DNA of 64,000 bases from an uncultured Clostridia bacterium (GCA_947632605.1 CANRPX010000001.1:116535-180534), one strand, 5' to 3'. Positions 19,774-29,441 are shown, counted from the stretch's first letter. Notes: generated from the sequence alone by a model not told the origin. A program made the numbers and translations.

Positions 19774-19802
19774 TTGTGTATTTTAGAAAATAATGGTATA
19801 AT
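19774..19802 (+). promoter_or_regulatory. Promoter of the large ncRNA
   Basis: TTGTGT, 17 nt, TATAAT with extended -10 TGG. Confidence 0.55.
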
Positions 19803-19808
19803 ATTATT

Positions 19809-20370
19809 GTTGGTGCACTATTCTAGTGTATACTCCTGTTATGAGGGTGGGCCTAAAAATCTACTAAAAAGTATTATCAGTCGAAGTTTTTCGGAGTACT
19901 GCGCGTTACGCCCAGTTGTGCGTGGCTTTGGAAAAAAGATTTTAGGATAGTTTATAATGGCATATAAATGATTCCTGATTTCATTGAGACTTATTCATTT
20001 GAATAGGTAAAACCATATAGATAATAATATGGTGGTAATGACTGTCTTGAGTGATTTATTGGAATTAATTCGATAATCATAAAATTAATTTGGCCAAATT
20101 GATTTTATGATTGAATTATGAAACTTAGATTGCAAAAGGGACTAATAACAGGCTAGGATATTAAAAGAAAATTTCTAGAGTGTTTGCTTAGAATAAAATA
20201 AGCATGGAAACTCGGGGATTAAGGTACGGATTTAAGTGGTGATCTGGCGACATTTTGAAAAAAATGTGGAGCTTTTAAATGGAAACAGCTTTTTAGTAAT
20301 AAAAAGTAATGCTTCGAGAAACTCTGCTAGACCTAAACCGTAAAGTTTACTCGAGTTTTCACCAATATAC
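19809..20370 (+). ncRNA. Large structured non-coding RNA, OLE-like (tentative)
   Basis: About 560 nt with no ORF and G+C above the backbone. The 5' TTGGTG pairs with the 3' CACCAA. Contains a 17-bp hairpin at 20077-20110 and several smaller hairpins. It has its own promoter and lies directly upstream of a small 4-TM protein, as for OLE/oapA. Confidence 0.5.
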
Positions 20371-20409
20371 TTATAAAAAACGATAACTTAATTTGGAGAA
20401 AAATATAAT

Positions 20410-20940
20410 ATGAAAGAAAAACAAAAAGGTAATAATAATTCGTGGGTAATAGTAATAGCTATTACCACATTTATTTTATCATTATTTTTTTCGTTTGTAT
20501 CAAATACAGCTATATCAAAGCTTAATATAATAGCAGGATTAATTGTTTTAATAATAGTAATTTTAATTGGTGTAGTATTTGATTTAATAGGTGTCGCTGT
20601 TACGGTTGCAAATGAAGAAGATTTTCATGCACAAGCTAGTAAAAAAATAAAAGGTGCAAAAACATCTATAAAAATGATAAGAAATTCAGCAAAAGTATCT
20701 AACTTTTGTGCTGATGTAATTGGAGATATATGTGGAGTATTAAGTGGTGCAATAAGTGCGATGATTGCTCTTAAAATTACTCAAAATTATGGAGTAAATG
20801 AAAATATACAAATAATTTTTAGTGCAATAGTCGCATCTATTACAGTAGGAGGAAAAGCAATAACAAAAGAAATTGCAAAAAGAAATTCAACAAAGATAGT
20901 TACAATAATAAGTAAATTTGTTTCTTTTGGAGAAAAATAA
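20410..20940 (+). CDS. oapA: Small 4-TM membrane protein, OapA-like (tentative)
   Basis: 176 aa with four predicted TM helices. Position immediately after the large ncRNA. Confidence 0.5.
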   Translation: MKEKQKGNNNSWVIVIAITTFILSLFFSFVSNTAISKLNIIAGLIVLIIVILIGVVFDLIGVAVTVANEEDFHAQASKKIKGAKTSIKMIRNSAKVSNFCADVIGDICGVLSGAISAMIALKITQNYGVNENIQIIFSAIVASITVGGKAITKEIAKRNSTKIVTIISKFVSFGEK

Positions 20941-20957
20941 TTTATATAAATATGAAA

Positions 20958-20981
20958 ATGACCGCCAAATGAGGCGGTCAT
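20958..20981. terminator. GC-rich bidirectional hairpin between the oapA-like gene and cassette D
   Basis: atgaccgcc-aaatga-ggcggtcat. Confidence 0.55.
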
Positions 20982-21054
20982 TACCTTTATATAAGACTAA
21001 TGGAATCTGTTAATAAAGGATTTAGAAGGTAGAATCGGTGGAAACTTGTTTCCT

Positions 21055-21705
21055 TTACAGGATTACGTGTGTCTCCACAAATTCATCGTGCCCGACGCGG
21101 TACACTCCCTTGGTAGTGATGATGAGATAGTCGCCGATTTGAAGTTGAGTGCTTTCAGCCTCGCCATTCTCATCAGTTTCCATCCACTCATCAACGCAGG
21201 CAGTGATGCCAGAATCGTAGAGCTCCTTGGTGACCTCGATGCAGCGGCGTTCTTCAGAGGCAGTGGTGACCAGGAGAAGATCTTTCTTCATGTTCGCGAA
21301 CATATCAGCGAGCATTTTCTTATCTGTCTCGTCGGCGATACCACTCAGGATGGTGCAGAGGTTGATGAGACCTTCGGCCGAATTGGTGCCTACGACTTTG
21401 ACGTCTTTGGCGCCGGAAACTTTGGAGAATTTCCAGCAATAGCAATCGGGCCGGCCGGACATCAGAACCTTGCCACCGATGACACGAAGTACCGTCTGGA
21501 AAACGGCTTCATCGTAGATGTTACCGGAGGGCTGCTCCTTGGTGCTGACACACTGCTTGAAGATGAGACCCATGAGGCCGAGATCCGACCACTTGGGAAA
21601 AACGATGTTTTGCATCTCAAGCTTCAGGCAGTCCCGCTGGCAGTCCAGCTCAGCGCTCTTGTTGATGATCTCTTGGGTGACTTGCTGTTTGTTTAATTTA
21701 GCCAT
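21055..21705 (-). CDS. Hypothetical protein (foreign cassette D), 216 aa
   Basis: 31/60 G+C at 21061-21120. TTAGGAGG lies 8 nt before the ATG. No family recognised. Confidence 0.65.
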   Translation of the reverse strand: MAKLNKQQVTQEIINKSAELDCQRDCLKLEMQNIVFPKWSDLGLMGLIFKQCVSTKEQPSGNIYDEAVFQTVLRVIGGKVLMSGRPDCYCWKFSKVSGAKDVKVVGTNSAEGLINLCTILSGIADETDKKMLADMFANMKKDLLLVTTASEERRCIEVTKELYDSGITACVDEWMETDENGEAESTQLQIGDYLIITTKGVYRVGHDEFVETHVIL

Positions 21706-21754
21706 GAAATATACCTCCTAAAATTGTCTAAAATTGTTAATGGCTTACAACATA

Positions 21755-21783
21755 ATTATACCATAATTTACATAAAAATACAA
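21755..21783 (-). promoter_or_regulatory. Promoter of cassette D
   Basis: Minus-strand TTGTAT, 17 nt, TATAAT with extended -10 TGG. Confidence 0.5.
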
Positions 21784-21813
21784 TTAGTAAACTAATATAA
21801 AATTATTAATTAT

Positions 21814-21850
21814 ATAAATTTATTAATTTCTTGATAATTAATAAATTTAT
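21814..21850. repeat. 14-bp perfect AT-only inverted repeat overlapping the holA promoter
   Basis: ataaatttattaat-ttcttgata-attaataaatttat. Confidence 0.35.
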
Positions 21851-21858
21851 GATATACT
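21831..21858 (+). promoter_or_regulatory. Putative holA promoter
   Basis: TTGATA, 16 nt, TATACT. Confidence 0.4.
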
Positions 21859-21879
21859 AGTTACATTAAAGGAGAAAAA

Positions 21880-22897
21880 ATGGTTTTAAGTTATGATGAT
21901 TTAAATAAAAGTATTGATTCTGGATTAAATTCAATATATTTATTATATGGTAATGAACAATACTTAATTGAAAATGCAATTAATAGAATAAAGAAAAAAT
22001 TTCGGAGAAAAATTATTGGGAATAAATTATGTTTTAATTGATGAATCAAATTTAGAAGATATTATTCCTAATATTGAAATGCCTGCATTTGGATATGATA
22101 AAAAACTTATAATAATAAAAAATACAAGTTTATTTAAAAAAGATGGAAGAAAAAAATCAGAAACACCGATTCAAGAAAAAATTTTAGATTTTATTAAAAA
22201 TAATATTGATATTATAAAAGAATCTGTAGTTTTAGTATTTGTAAATCAAGAAGTAGACAAAAATACTGTTTTTGAAGAAATTGAAAAAAATGGAATAGTT
22301 TGTATGATAGAAGAATTAAAACCATATCAATTAGTAAAAAAACTAAAACAAATATGTTCTTTATATAAAGTAAATGTAGATGATGTAACTTTAAATTATT
22401 TAGTTGAAACATCTGGAACAAGCCTTCAAAATTTAATAAATGAAATAAGAAAATTAATTGAATATGCAGGAGAAAATGGAAAAATAACAATTGATGATGT
22501 GAATAATCTAGCAATAAAACAAATGGAAAGTGTTATTTTTGAACTTACAGATAACTTAGCAATAAGAAAAATAGATAAATCATTAGAAATTTTAGATAAT
22601 TTAATTTATCAAAAAGAACCAATACAAAAAATATTAATAACTCTATATAATCATTTTAAAAAAATATATTTATGTTTAATAGCAGTAGAAGAAAATAAAG
22701 ATATAGTATTTTCTTTATCTTTAAAACCAAATCAAACATTTTTAGTTTCAAAATATAAAAAACAAGCATCTTACTTTAAAAAGAATGAATTAAGAAAAAT
22801 TTTGAAAGAATTTATAGAATTAGATTATAATTCAAAAAATGGAAAAATAGATGTGGATATTGGATTAAGAAGTATATTGTGTAATTATTGTAGTTAA
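21880..22897 (+). pseudogene. holA: DNA polymerase III delta subunit, interrupted by a 1-nt frameshift near 22003
   Basis: ATG at 21880 with a GGAG RBS reads MVLSYDDLNKSI...KKKF and then stops. Deleting the c in tttCgga restores ...KFGEKLLGINYVLIDESN, which joins the ORF at 22016. Confidence 0.7.
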
Positions 22898-23003
22898 AAT
22901 ACATACATAATTTACTTGAAAAAAAACACTTATAATGATATAAATAATAAAATAAAAATAATAATTTATTTCTATTTTTAATAAATACTTTATGGAGACA
23001 ATT

Positions 23004-24236
23004 ATGATTAATGTTAATGAAAACTTTTTAAATTTACAAGATAGTTATCTTTTTTCTACAATAGCAAAAAAGGTAGCAGAATTTCAAAAAAATAATCCAG
23101 ACAAAAAGATTATAAAATTAGGAATAGGAGATGTTACAAGACCAATAGTACCAGCAGTTTTAGATGCTATGCATAAAGCTGTTGATGAATTAGGAAATTT
23201 AGAAACTTTTAGAGGTTATGGACCAGAGCAAGGTTATGAATTCTTAAGAGAAAAAATTGCAGAATTTGATTATGCAAAAAGAGGAGTAAAAATATCTGTT
23301 GATGAAATTTTTGTATCAGATGGTGCAAAATGTGATTGTGGAAATATAGGAGACATCTTAGGAATAGATAATGTAGTTGCAATTACAGATCCTGTATATC
23401 CAGTATATTTAGACACAAATGTTATGGCAGGAAGAAGTGGAAATTATAATAGCGAAACTGGAAAATATGAAAATATAATTTATATTCCAGCTACTGCTGA
23501 AAACAATTTTATACCTGAATTTCCAGATAGAGTTCCAGATATGATTTATTTGTGTTTTCCAAATAATCCAACAGGAACAACACTTTCAAAATCAGAATTA
23601 AAAAAATGGGTTGATTATGCAAAAGAAAATCATTCATTAATTTTGTTTGATTCTGCATACGAAGCATTTATTTCTGAAGAAAATGTACCACATACTATAT
23701 ATGAAATAGAAGGTGCTAAAGAAGTTGCTATTGAATTTAGAAGTTTTTCTAAAACAGCAGGGTTTACAGGCGTAAGATGTGCATATACTGTTGTTCCAAA
23801 GGAACTAAATGCATATACAAAAAATGGAGAAAAAATACAATTAAATTCATTATGGAATAGAAGACATGGTACTAAATTTAATGGAGTATCATATCCAGTT
23901 CAAAGAGCAGCAGAAGCTGTTTATTCTGAAAATGGGCAAAAACAAATAAAAGAGAATATAGCTTATTATATGAATAATGCTAAAATAATAAAAGAAGGAT
24001 TACAATCAGCAGGATTTACAGTTTATGGAGGAGTAAATGCTCCATATATTTGGCTTAAAGTACCAGAAGGATTAACTTCTTGGGAATTTTTTGATAAGCT
24101 TTTAAATGAAGTAAATGTAGTTGGAACACCTGGTGTTGGATTTGGACCAAGTGGAGAAGGTTATTTTAGATTAACTGCATTTGGAACAAAAGAAAGCACA
24201 ATTAAAGCTATTGAAAGAATAAAAAATATGAAATAA
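23004..24236 (+). CDS. dapL: LL-diaminopimelate aminotransferase
   Basis: N-terminal [16 protein letters not shown] and class-I aminotransferase body ([12 protein letters not shown]). The start may be 22992 or 23004. Confidence 0.8.
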   Translation: MINVNENFLNLQDSYLFSTIAKKVAEFQKNNPDKKIIKLGIGDVTRPIVPAVLDAMHKAVDELGNLETFRGYGPEQGYEFLREKIAEFDYAKRGVKISVDEIFVSDGAKCDCGNIGDILGIDNVVAITDPVYPVYLDTNVMAGRSGNYNSETGKYENIIYIPATAENNFIPEFPDRVPDMIYLCFPNNPTGTTLSKSELKKWVDYAKENHSLILFDSAYEAFISEENVPHTIYEIEGAKEVAIEFRSFSKTAGFTGVRCAYTVVPKELNAYTKNGEKIQLNSLWNRRHGTKFNGVSYPVQRAAEAVYSENGQKQIKENIAYYMNNAKIIKEGLQSAGFTVYGGVNAPYIWLKVPEGLTSWEFFDKLLNEVNVVGTPGVGFGPSGEGYFRLTAFGTKESTIKAIERIKNMK

Positions 24237-24291
24237 GATAGATTTAAATTTTAGAAATTTAAAAAAAAAAATAATTTAGGAGGAAAATTTT

Positions 24292-25791
24292 ATGGCTGAA
24301 GTATTAAAAGATGTATCAAGAACTTTTAATGAATTTCTTTTGTTACCAAACTTAACAGATGAAAGATGCATACCAGCAAATGTAAGTTTAAAAACACCAC
24401 TTGTAAAATTTAAAAAAGGAGAAGAACCAAAATATAGTGCAAATTTACCAATGGTTTCTGCAATAATGCAATCAGTATCAGGTGAGAAAATGGCTATTGC
24501 ACTTGCAAGAGAAGGTGGTTGTTCATTTATATTTGGTGCACAATCAATAGAATCACAAGCTCAAATGGTTAGAAATGTAAAAAAATATAAAGCTGGTTTT
24601 ATAACTAGTGATTCTAATGTTACAAGTACTACAACAATTAAAGAATTAATGGAATTAATTGAACAAACGGGTCATTCAACTGTTATGATAACAGAAGATG
24701 GTACAGCCAAAGGAAAATTTTTAGGATTAGTAACTGATAAAGATTTTAGACTTTCAAGAGTTGATTTAAATGAACCAGTAAGTAATTATATGGTTCCAAG
24801 AGAAAAAATTGTATTTGCAAGAAAAGGAATTTCTTTACATGATGCAAATGATATAATTTGGGACAATAAAATAAGTTGTTTACCAATTTTAGATGAAGAT
24901 GATAATTTATATAGCTTAGTTTTTAGAAAAGATTATGAATCTGATAAAGAAAATCCTAATTCTTTATTAGATGAAAATAAAAGATTTATTGTAGGAGCTG
25001 GAATAAATACTAGAGATTATGAAGAAAGAATACCAGCACTAGTAGAAGCAGGTGTTGACTTAATTTGTATGGATTCTTCAGATGGATATTCTGTATGGCA
25101 AAAAAATACAATAGATTGGGTAAGAAAAAATTATGGAGATTCAGTAAAAATCGGAGCTGGAAACATAGTAGATAAAGAAGGATTTTATTATTTAGCTGAA
25201 AATGGCGCTGATTTTATAAAAGTTGGAGTAGGCGGAGGATCAATTTGTATAACTCGTGAAACAAAAGGTATCGGTAGAGGGCAAGCATCAGCTTTAATGG
25301 ATGTTGTTGAAGCTAGAAATGAATATTTTGAACGTACAGGTGTATATATTCCAATTTGTGCTGATGGAGGAATTGTACATGATTATCATATAACATTAGC
25401 TTTGGCAATGGGTGCTGATTTTGTTATGATGGGAAGATATTTTGCAAGATTTGATGAAAGCCCTACAAGAATAGTTAAAAGAAATGGTACTTTTATGAAA
25501 GAATATTGGGGTGAAGGCTCAAATAGGGCTAGAAATTGGCAAAGATATGATTTAGGTGGAGAAGCAAAGAATAAATTAGTTTTCGAAGAAGGTGTAGATT
25601 CATTTATACCTTATGCAGGAAGACTAAAAGATAATGTTGCAATTACAGTTGCCAAAATAAAATCAACAATGTGTAATTGTGGCTCAATAACTATAAAAGA
25701 ACTTCATGAAAAAGCTAGATTAACCATAGTATCAGATATTAGTATAAAAGAAGGCGGAGCACATGATGTTCAGCTAAAAGAAAGAATGTAA
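24292..25791 (+). CDS. guaB: IMP dehydrogenase family protein
   Basis: TIM-barrel with a CBS insert. Active-site-loop-like [10 protein letters not shown]. Confidence 0.7.
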   Translation: MAEVLKDVSRTFNEFLLLPNLTDERCIPANVSLKTPLVKFKKGEEPKYSANLPMVSAIMQSVSGEKMAIALAREGGCSFIFGAQSIESQAQMVRNVKKYKAGFITSDSNVTSTTTIKELMELIEQTGHSTVMITEDGTAKGKFLGLVTDKDFRLSRVDLNEPVSNYMVPREKIVFARKGISLHDANDIIWDNKISCLPILDEDDNLYSLVFRKDYESDKENPNSLLDENKRFIVGAGINTRDYEERIPALVEAGVDLICMDSSDGYSVWQKNTIDWVRKNYGDSVKIGAGNIVDKEGFYYLAENGADFIKVGVGGGSICITRETKGIGRGQASALMDVVEARNEYFERTGVYIPICADGGIVHDYHITLALAMGADFVMMGRYFARFDESPTRIVKRNGTFMKEYWGEGSNRARNWQRYDLGGEAKNKLVFEEGVDSFIPYAGRLKDNVAITVAKIKSTMCNCGSITIKELHEKARLTIVSDISIKEGGAHDVQLKERM

Positions 25792-25814
25792 TAAATGTAT
25801 TTATAAAATGCAGA

Positions 25815-25841
25815 AGAGCAGGCATTGCACCTGCTCTTTTT
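25815..25841. terminator. GC-rich bidirectional hairpin between the guaB-like gene and cassette E
   Basis: agagcagg-cattgca-cctgctct followed by a T-run. Confidence 0.6.
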
Positions 25842-25851
25842 AAACTGCTTT

Positions 25852-26280
25852 TCAATCGTCAACCAAGACGAAAATGAACGGCTCTTCGGAATATTCTTTG
25901 GTAATGTCCTCTAAGCTAACCTTTGCGGCAGGTTCCTTGTCATCGGGTTTGTGCTCGAAGCTCCCGTCAGGGTTTCTCCTTGCAACATGGAAGTCATCAT
26001 ATTCCATACCCCAAAGGGAACGATACGCGTACCAGCCCCAGAGCCAGAATGCGGTTTTGCCGTTGGTTTCTTCGATGGAACTTACCTGCCGAACACGGAT
26101 GCCGTATCGTTTCAGAGTTTCCACGAAGGAGTTAACAGGACTGTTATCAAAGTACCGACCTGTGTCGGGATCGCGGTAGCGGTCGAGGACTACAACCTCT
26201 TCAACACCGATTGCAAACCCGAGGCAGTTAAATTTTGAGATGTTCATTGTCTTGTTTGCTTGGTCTGCTGTAAAAAACAT
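25852..26280 (-). CDS. Hypothetical protein (foreign cassette E), 142 aa
   Basis: 30/60 G+C at 25981-26040. AAGGAGG lies 9 nt before the ATG at 26278-26280. No family recognised. Confidence 0.65.
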   Translation of the reverse strand: MFFTADQANKTMNISKFNCLGFAIGVEEVVVLDRYRDPDTGRYFDNSPVNSFVETLKRYGIRVRQVSSIEETNGKTAFWLWGWYAYRSLWGMEYDDFHVARRNPDGSFEHKPDDKEPAAKVSLEDITKEYSEEPFIFVLVDD

Positions 26281-26339
26281 ACGTAATAACCTCCTTGCCA
26301 TAGTGGCGATGCGTGTTTTGTTAAAAAGCTTACATAATA

Positions 26340-26368
26340 ATTATACCATATTTTATATATAAAATCAA
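26340..26368 (-). promoter_or_regulatory. Promoter of cassette E
   Basis: Minus-strand TTGATT, 17 nt, TATAAT with extended -10 TGG. Confidence 0.5.
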
Positions 26369-26460
26369 AAAACAGCATGTTACATAGAATTTATAATATT
26401 GATAATATTTAGTATTTGTGTTAAAATATTAACGAATAAATTTATAAAAAAGGAGAAAAA

Positions 26461-27231
26461 ATGAGAGTTTTAGCAGTAGGAGATATTGTAGGTAGAAGTG
26501 GTATCCAAAAACTTAAAGAAACACTTCCAAATGTCATTAAAGAAAATAATATTGATTTTGTTATTGTTAATGGAGAAAATGCAGCAGATGGAATGGGAAT
26601 CACTGAAAAAATGTATAAAGATATAATTTCCTTAGGTGTAGATGTTGTTACAATGGGAAATCATACTTGGGGTAAAAAAGAGATTTTTAATTTCATTGAT
26701 GATAAACATATTATAAGACCTGCAAATTATCCTAATAATAATCCTGGAAAAGGATATGAAATTTTTGAGTGTAATGGAAAATCTATATGTGTTATAAATT
26801 TAATTGGAAGAATTACAATGTCAGTTCTTTCAGAAAATCCTTTTTTAGTTGCAAAAGATATTATTTCAGAAATAAAAGAAGCAGTAGATATAATAATAAT
26901 TGATTTTCATGCCGAAGCCACAGCAGAAAAAATAGCATTAGCATATTATTTAAATGGTGATGCAACAATTGTATATGGAACACATACACATGTTCAAACA
27001 GCAGATGAAACAATTTTGGAAAATGGAACAGCATTTATTACTGACATTGGAATGACTGGACCAAAAAAATCTGTTATAGGAATGGATATCGATGTGTCAA
27101 TAAAAAGATTTGAAACATCACTTCCTGAAAAATATAAAACTGCTGAAGGAAAAGCAAAATTTAGTAGCTTTATGTTTGAAATAGATGATAAAACTAATAA
27201 GGTTGTAAAAATGGAAAGAATAAATAGATAA
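26461..27231 (+). CDS. ymdB: YmdB-family metallophosphoesterase
   Basis: GDIVGRSG, GENAADG and GNHTW motifs. Confidence 0.85.
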   Translation: MRVLAVGDIVGRSGIQKLKETLPNVIKENNIDFVIVNGENAADGMGITEKMYKDIISLGVDVVTMGNHTWGKKEIFNFIDDKHIIRPANYPNNNPGKGYEIFECNGKSICVINLIGRITMSVLSENPFLVAKDIISEIKEAVDIIIIDFHAEATAEKIALAYYLNGDATIVYGTHTHVQTADETILENGTAFITDIGMTGPKKSVIGMDIDVSIKRFETSLPEKYKTAEGKAKFSSFMFEIDDKTNKVVKMERINR

Positions 27232-27404
27232 CATAATAGTATTTTATTCGACAAAAAACTTGTAAATATTGAAAATAGTGTAGAAAAATGGCACACGAAA
27301 GTTCGGTAAATTGATGAAAAAGTATAGACTTCCAAAAATGATTATTGTAAAATTAGAACATCAAAACACAAGAAAAAATAAAAATTATAGGAGGAAAAAA
27401 GAAA

Positions 27405-27668
27405 ATGGAAGTTTTAAAAATTTCATCAAAATCAAACCCAAATTCAGTTGCAGGAGCAATCGCAGGGTTAGTAAAAGAAAGTACAAGAGCTGAAATGCAA
27501 GCAATAGGAGCTGGAGCTATAAATCAAGCAATAAAGGCAGTTGCAATAGCAAGAGGATTTGTAGCACCATCAGGAGTGGATTTAGTATGCGTTCCAGCAT
27601 TTGCAGAAGTTCAAGTTGAAGGAGAAGACAGAACTGGAATAAAGTTAATTATAGAATCTAGAAAATAA
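27405..27668 (+). CDS. spoVS: Stage V sporulation protein S
   Basis: MEVLKISSKSNPNSVAGAIAG...AINQAIKAVAIARGF, highly characteristic of SpoVS. Confidence 0.9.
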   Translation: MEVLKISSKSNPNSVAGAIAGLVKESTRAEMQAIGAGAINQAIKAVAIARGFVAPSGVDLVCVPAFAEVQVEGEDRTGIKLIIESRK

Positions 27669-27688
27669 TAATTGTTTATATAATATAT

Positions 27689-27751
27689 AGATACTAATTT
27701 AAACAAATATATAGTAATAACTATTTGTTTAAAATTAGTATCTTTTTTTTT
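27689..27751 (+). terminator. Strong rho-independent terminator
   Basis: Stem of about 20 bp (agatactaatttaaacaaata / tatttgtttaaaattagtatct) followed by T9. Confidence 0.7.
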
Positions 27752-27813
27752 GCTTTTTTATTGAAAATATAAAAAAAATAATATATTATTATCACGTAGA
27801 AAGGTAATTAAAA

Positions 27814-29403
27814 ATGAATAATAATAACAATATTTTCAAATATATTTTTGCTATAGTTGTAGTCTTTTTAGTTGCATATACATTGTATGTAATTTTTCAA
27901 AGTAAAGCAGATAATTCAGATACTAATCTTGATCAAACATCTACTTTATCTAATATTCAAACTGATTTAAGATTGTCAATTGCACAGATAGATACTATAA
28001 ATCCATTACTTACAAACAATAGAAATGTTCAAGAAATTACAAAAATTATTTATGATCCATTAGTTACTTTAAATGAAAATTATAAATTAGAGTACTGCTT
28101 AGCAGAAGAAATTGCAAAGTCAGATGATTTAAATTATGTGGTAAAGCTAAGAAGTGGTGTTGTTTGGGAAAATAACACAAATTTTACAGTTGATGATGTA
28201 ATATATACAATTGAATTGATACAAAATGGTGTAAGTCCAATATATTCTGAAAATTTAAGAAAAGTAGAATCTGTAGAAGCAATAGATAGTAATACTTTAA
28301 AAATCAAACTTATAGAACCAGAACCATTTTTTGAATATAATTTAACATTTCCTATAATGTGTAAAAGCTATTATGAAGGAGAAGATTTTGTATCAAGTCA
28401 AAAAGCTCCGATAGGAACTGGAATGTTCAAAATTGTGGAATATAGTAGTAATGTTATAAAACTTGTTCCAAATGGAAATTATTGGAATACAAACAGAAAA
28501 CCAATGGCAACAGAAATAAATATTAATTTATATAATTCTATTGGAGAATGTTATTCCGCTTTTAAAAATGGAGAAATAGATATATTATCTGTAAAAATAA
28601 ATGATGTAGAGAACTATATTGGAAATTTGGGATATAATAAAATTGAATATAAATCTAGAGAGTATGACTTTTTAGCATTTAATACTCAAAATGAATTATT
28701 ATCAGATCCAATTGTTAGAAAAGCAATTAGCTTATCAATTGATAAAAATAATATTGTAGCAACTTGTTTAGGAAAAGGGTATACACCATCAAATTTTAGT
28801 TTAGATATGGGAAATTGGTTGTATACAAAAGATTTAAATATTTCTACTGACACAGAACAAGCTGCACAACTTTTAATTAACAATGGATGGGAGAGAACTA
28901 GTAATTCTTGGATAAAAAGAACAGATGGAAAAACATTAAGATTAGAATTTTCATTAACAGTAAATACAAATAATCAGTCAAGAGTAAATGTAGCAGAAAA
29001 TATAAAAAATCAATTAGCTAATTTAGGAATTCCAGTATCAATAAATTATTTGTCAGCAGATAATTATAATGAAGCAATCGGAAATAGAAATTTTGATTCA
29101 GCATTAATTGGTATAAAATTAGGATATTCTCCAAGTTTAGAAACTTTTTTTGGAAATGGAAATTTAGCAAATTATAATAACAATGAAGTTGCGGAAATTA
29201 TGAATATTGTAGCAAATACAACAGATGAAAAAACCTTATATGAAAAATATTCTAGATTATATGATATTTATTTAGAAGAAGCACCATATATTGGTTTGTA
29301 TAGAAATACAGATGTACTAGTTTATAACCAAAGTTTAGTTGGTAATATTACAGCTAATACTTTTAATATTTTTCATAATATAGAAAAATGGTATAGAAGA
29401 TAA
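27814..29403 (+). CDS. ABC transporter substrate-binding protein, peptide/nickel (family 5) type
   Basis: N-terminal anchor. Size and motifs are typical of SBP family 5. Confidence 0.7.
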   Translation: MNNNNNIFKYIFAIVVVFLVAYTLYVIFQSKADNSDTNLDQTSTLSNIQTDLRLSIAQIDTINPLLTNNRNVQEITKIIYDPLVTLNENYKLEYCLAEEIAKSDDLNYVVKLRSGVVWENNTNFTVDDVIYTIELIQNGVSPIYSENLRKVESVEAIDSNTLKIKLIEPEPFFEYNLTFPIMCKSYYEGEDFVSSQKAPIGTGMFKIVEYSSNVIKLVPNGNYWNTNRKPMATEININLYNSIGECYSAFKNGEIDILSVKINDVENYIGNLGYNKIEYKSREYDFLAFNTQNELLSDPIVRKAISLSIDKNNIVATCLGKGYTPSNFSLDMGNWLYTKDLNISTDTEQAAQLLINNGWERTSNSWIKRTDGKTLRLEFSLTVNTNNQSRVNVAENIKNQLANLGIPVSINYLSADNYNEAIGNRNFDSALIGIKLGYSPSLETFFGNGNLANYNNNEVAEIMNIVANTTDEKTLYEKYSRLYDIYLEEAPYIGLYRNTDVLVYNQSLVGNITANTFNIFHNIEKWYRR

Positions 29404-29411
29404 AAAAGGTA

Positions 29412-29439
29412 TTGACAAAAGAAAAATTAGAGATATAAT
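29412..29439 (+). promoter_or_regulatory. recA promoter
   Basis: TTGACA, 16 nt, TATAAT. Confidence 0.55.
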
Positions 29440-29441
29440 AA

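Noticed and set aside
19809-20370. RNase P RNA, tmRNA or 6S RNA as the identity of the large non-coding region.
   Set aside because: There is no GAGGAAAGTCC-type P4 motif, no tRNA-like 3' end or tag ORF as in tmRNA, and the region is far too long for 6S RNA. Size and context fit OLE better, although this is unverified.
21046-21696. A 216-aa plus-strand ORF exactly mirroring cassette D, plus similar antisense ORFs in cassette A (1988-2266, 2269-2931, 2303-2512) and cassette E (25874-26179, 25923-26135, 25951-26238).
   Set aside because: GC-rich sequence has few stop codons. The longest antisense ORFs lie in the codon-aligned antisense frame, which stays open whenever the sense gene avoids TTA, CTA and TCA. 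They have no RBS or promoter, and their L/D/G/A-rich composition is typical of antisense translations.
27311-27493. A 60-aa K/R-rich ORF upstream of and overlapping spoVS.
   Set aside because: It lies in the spoVS leader and overlaps the spoVS start in another frame. It starts at TTG with no RBS, and its composition reflects A-rich DNA.
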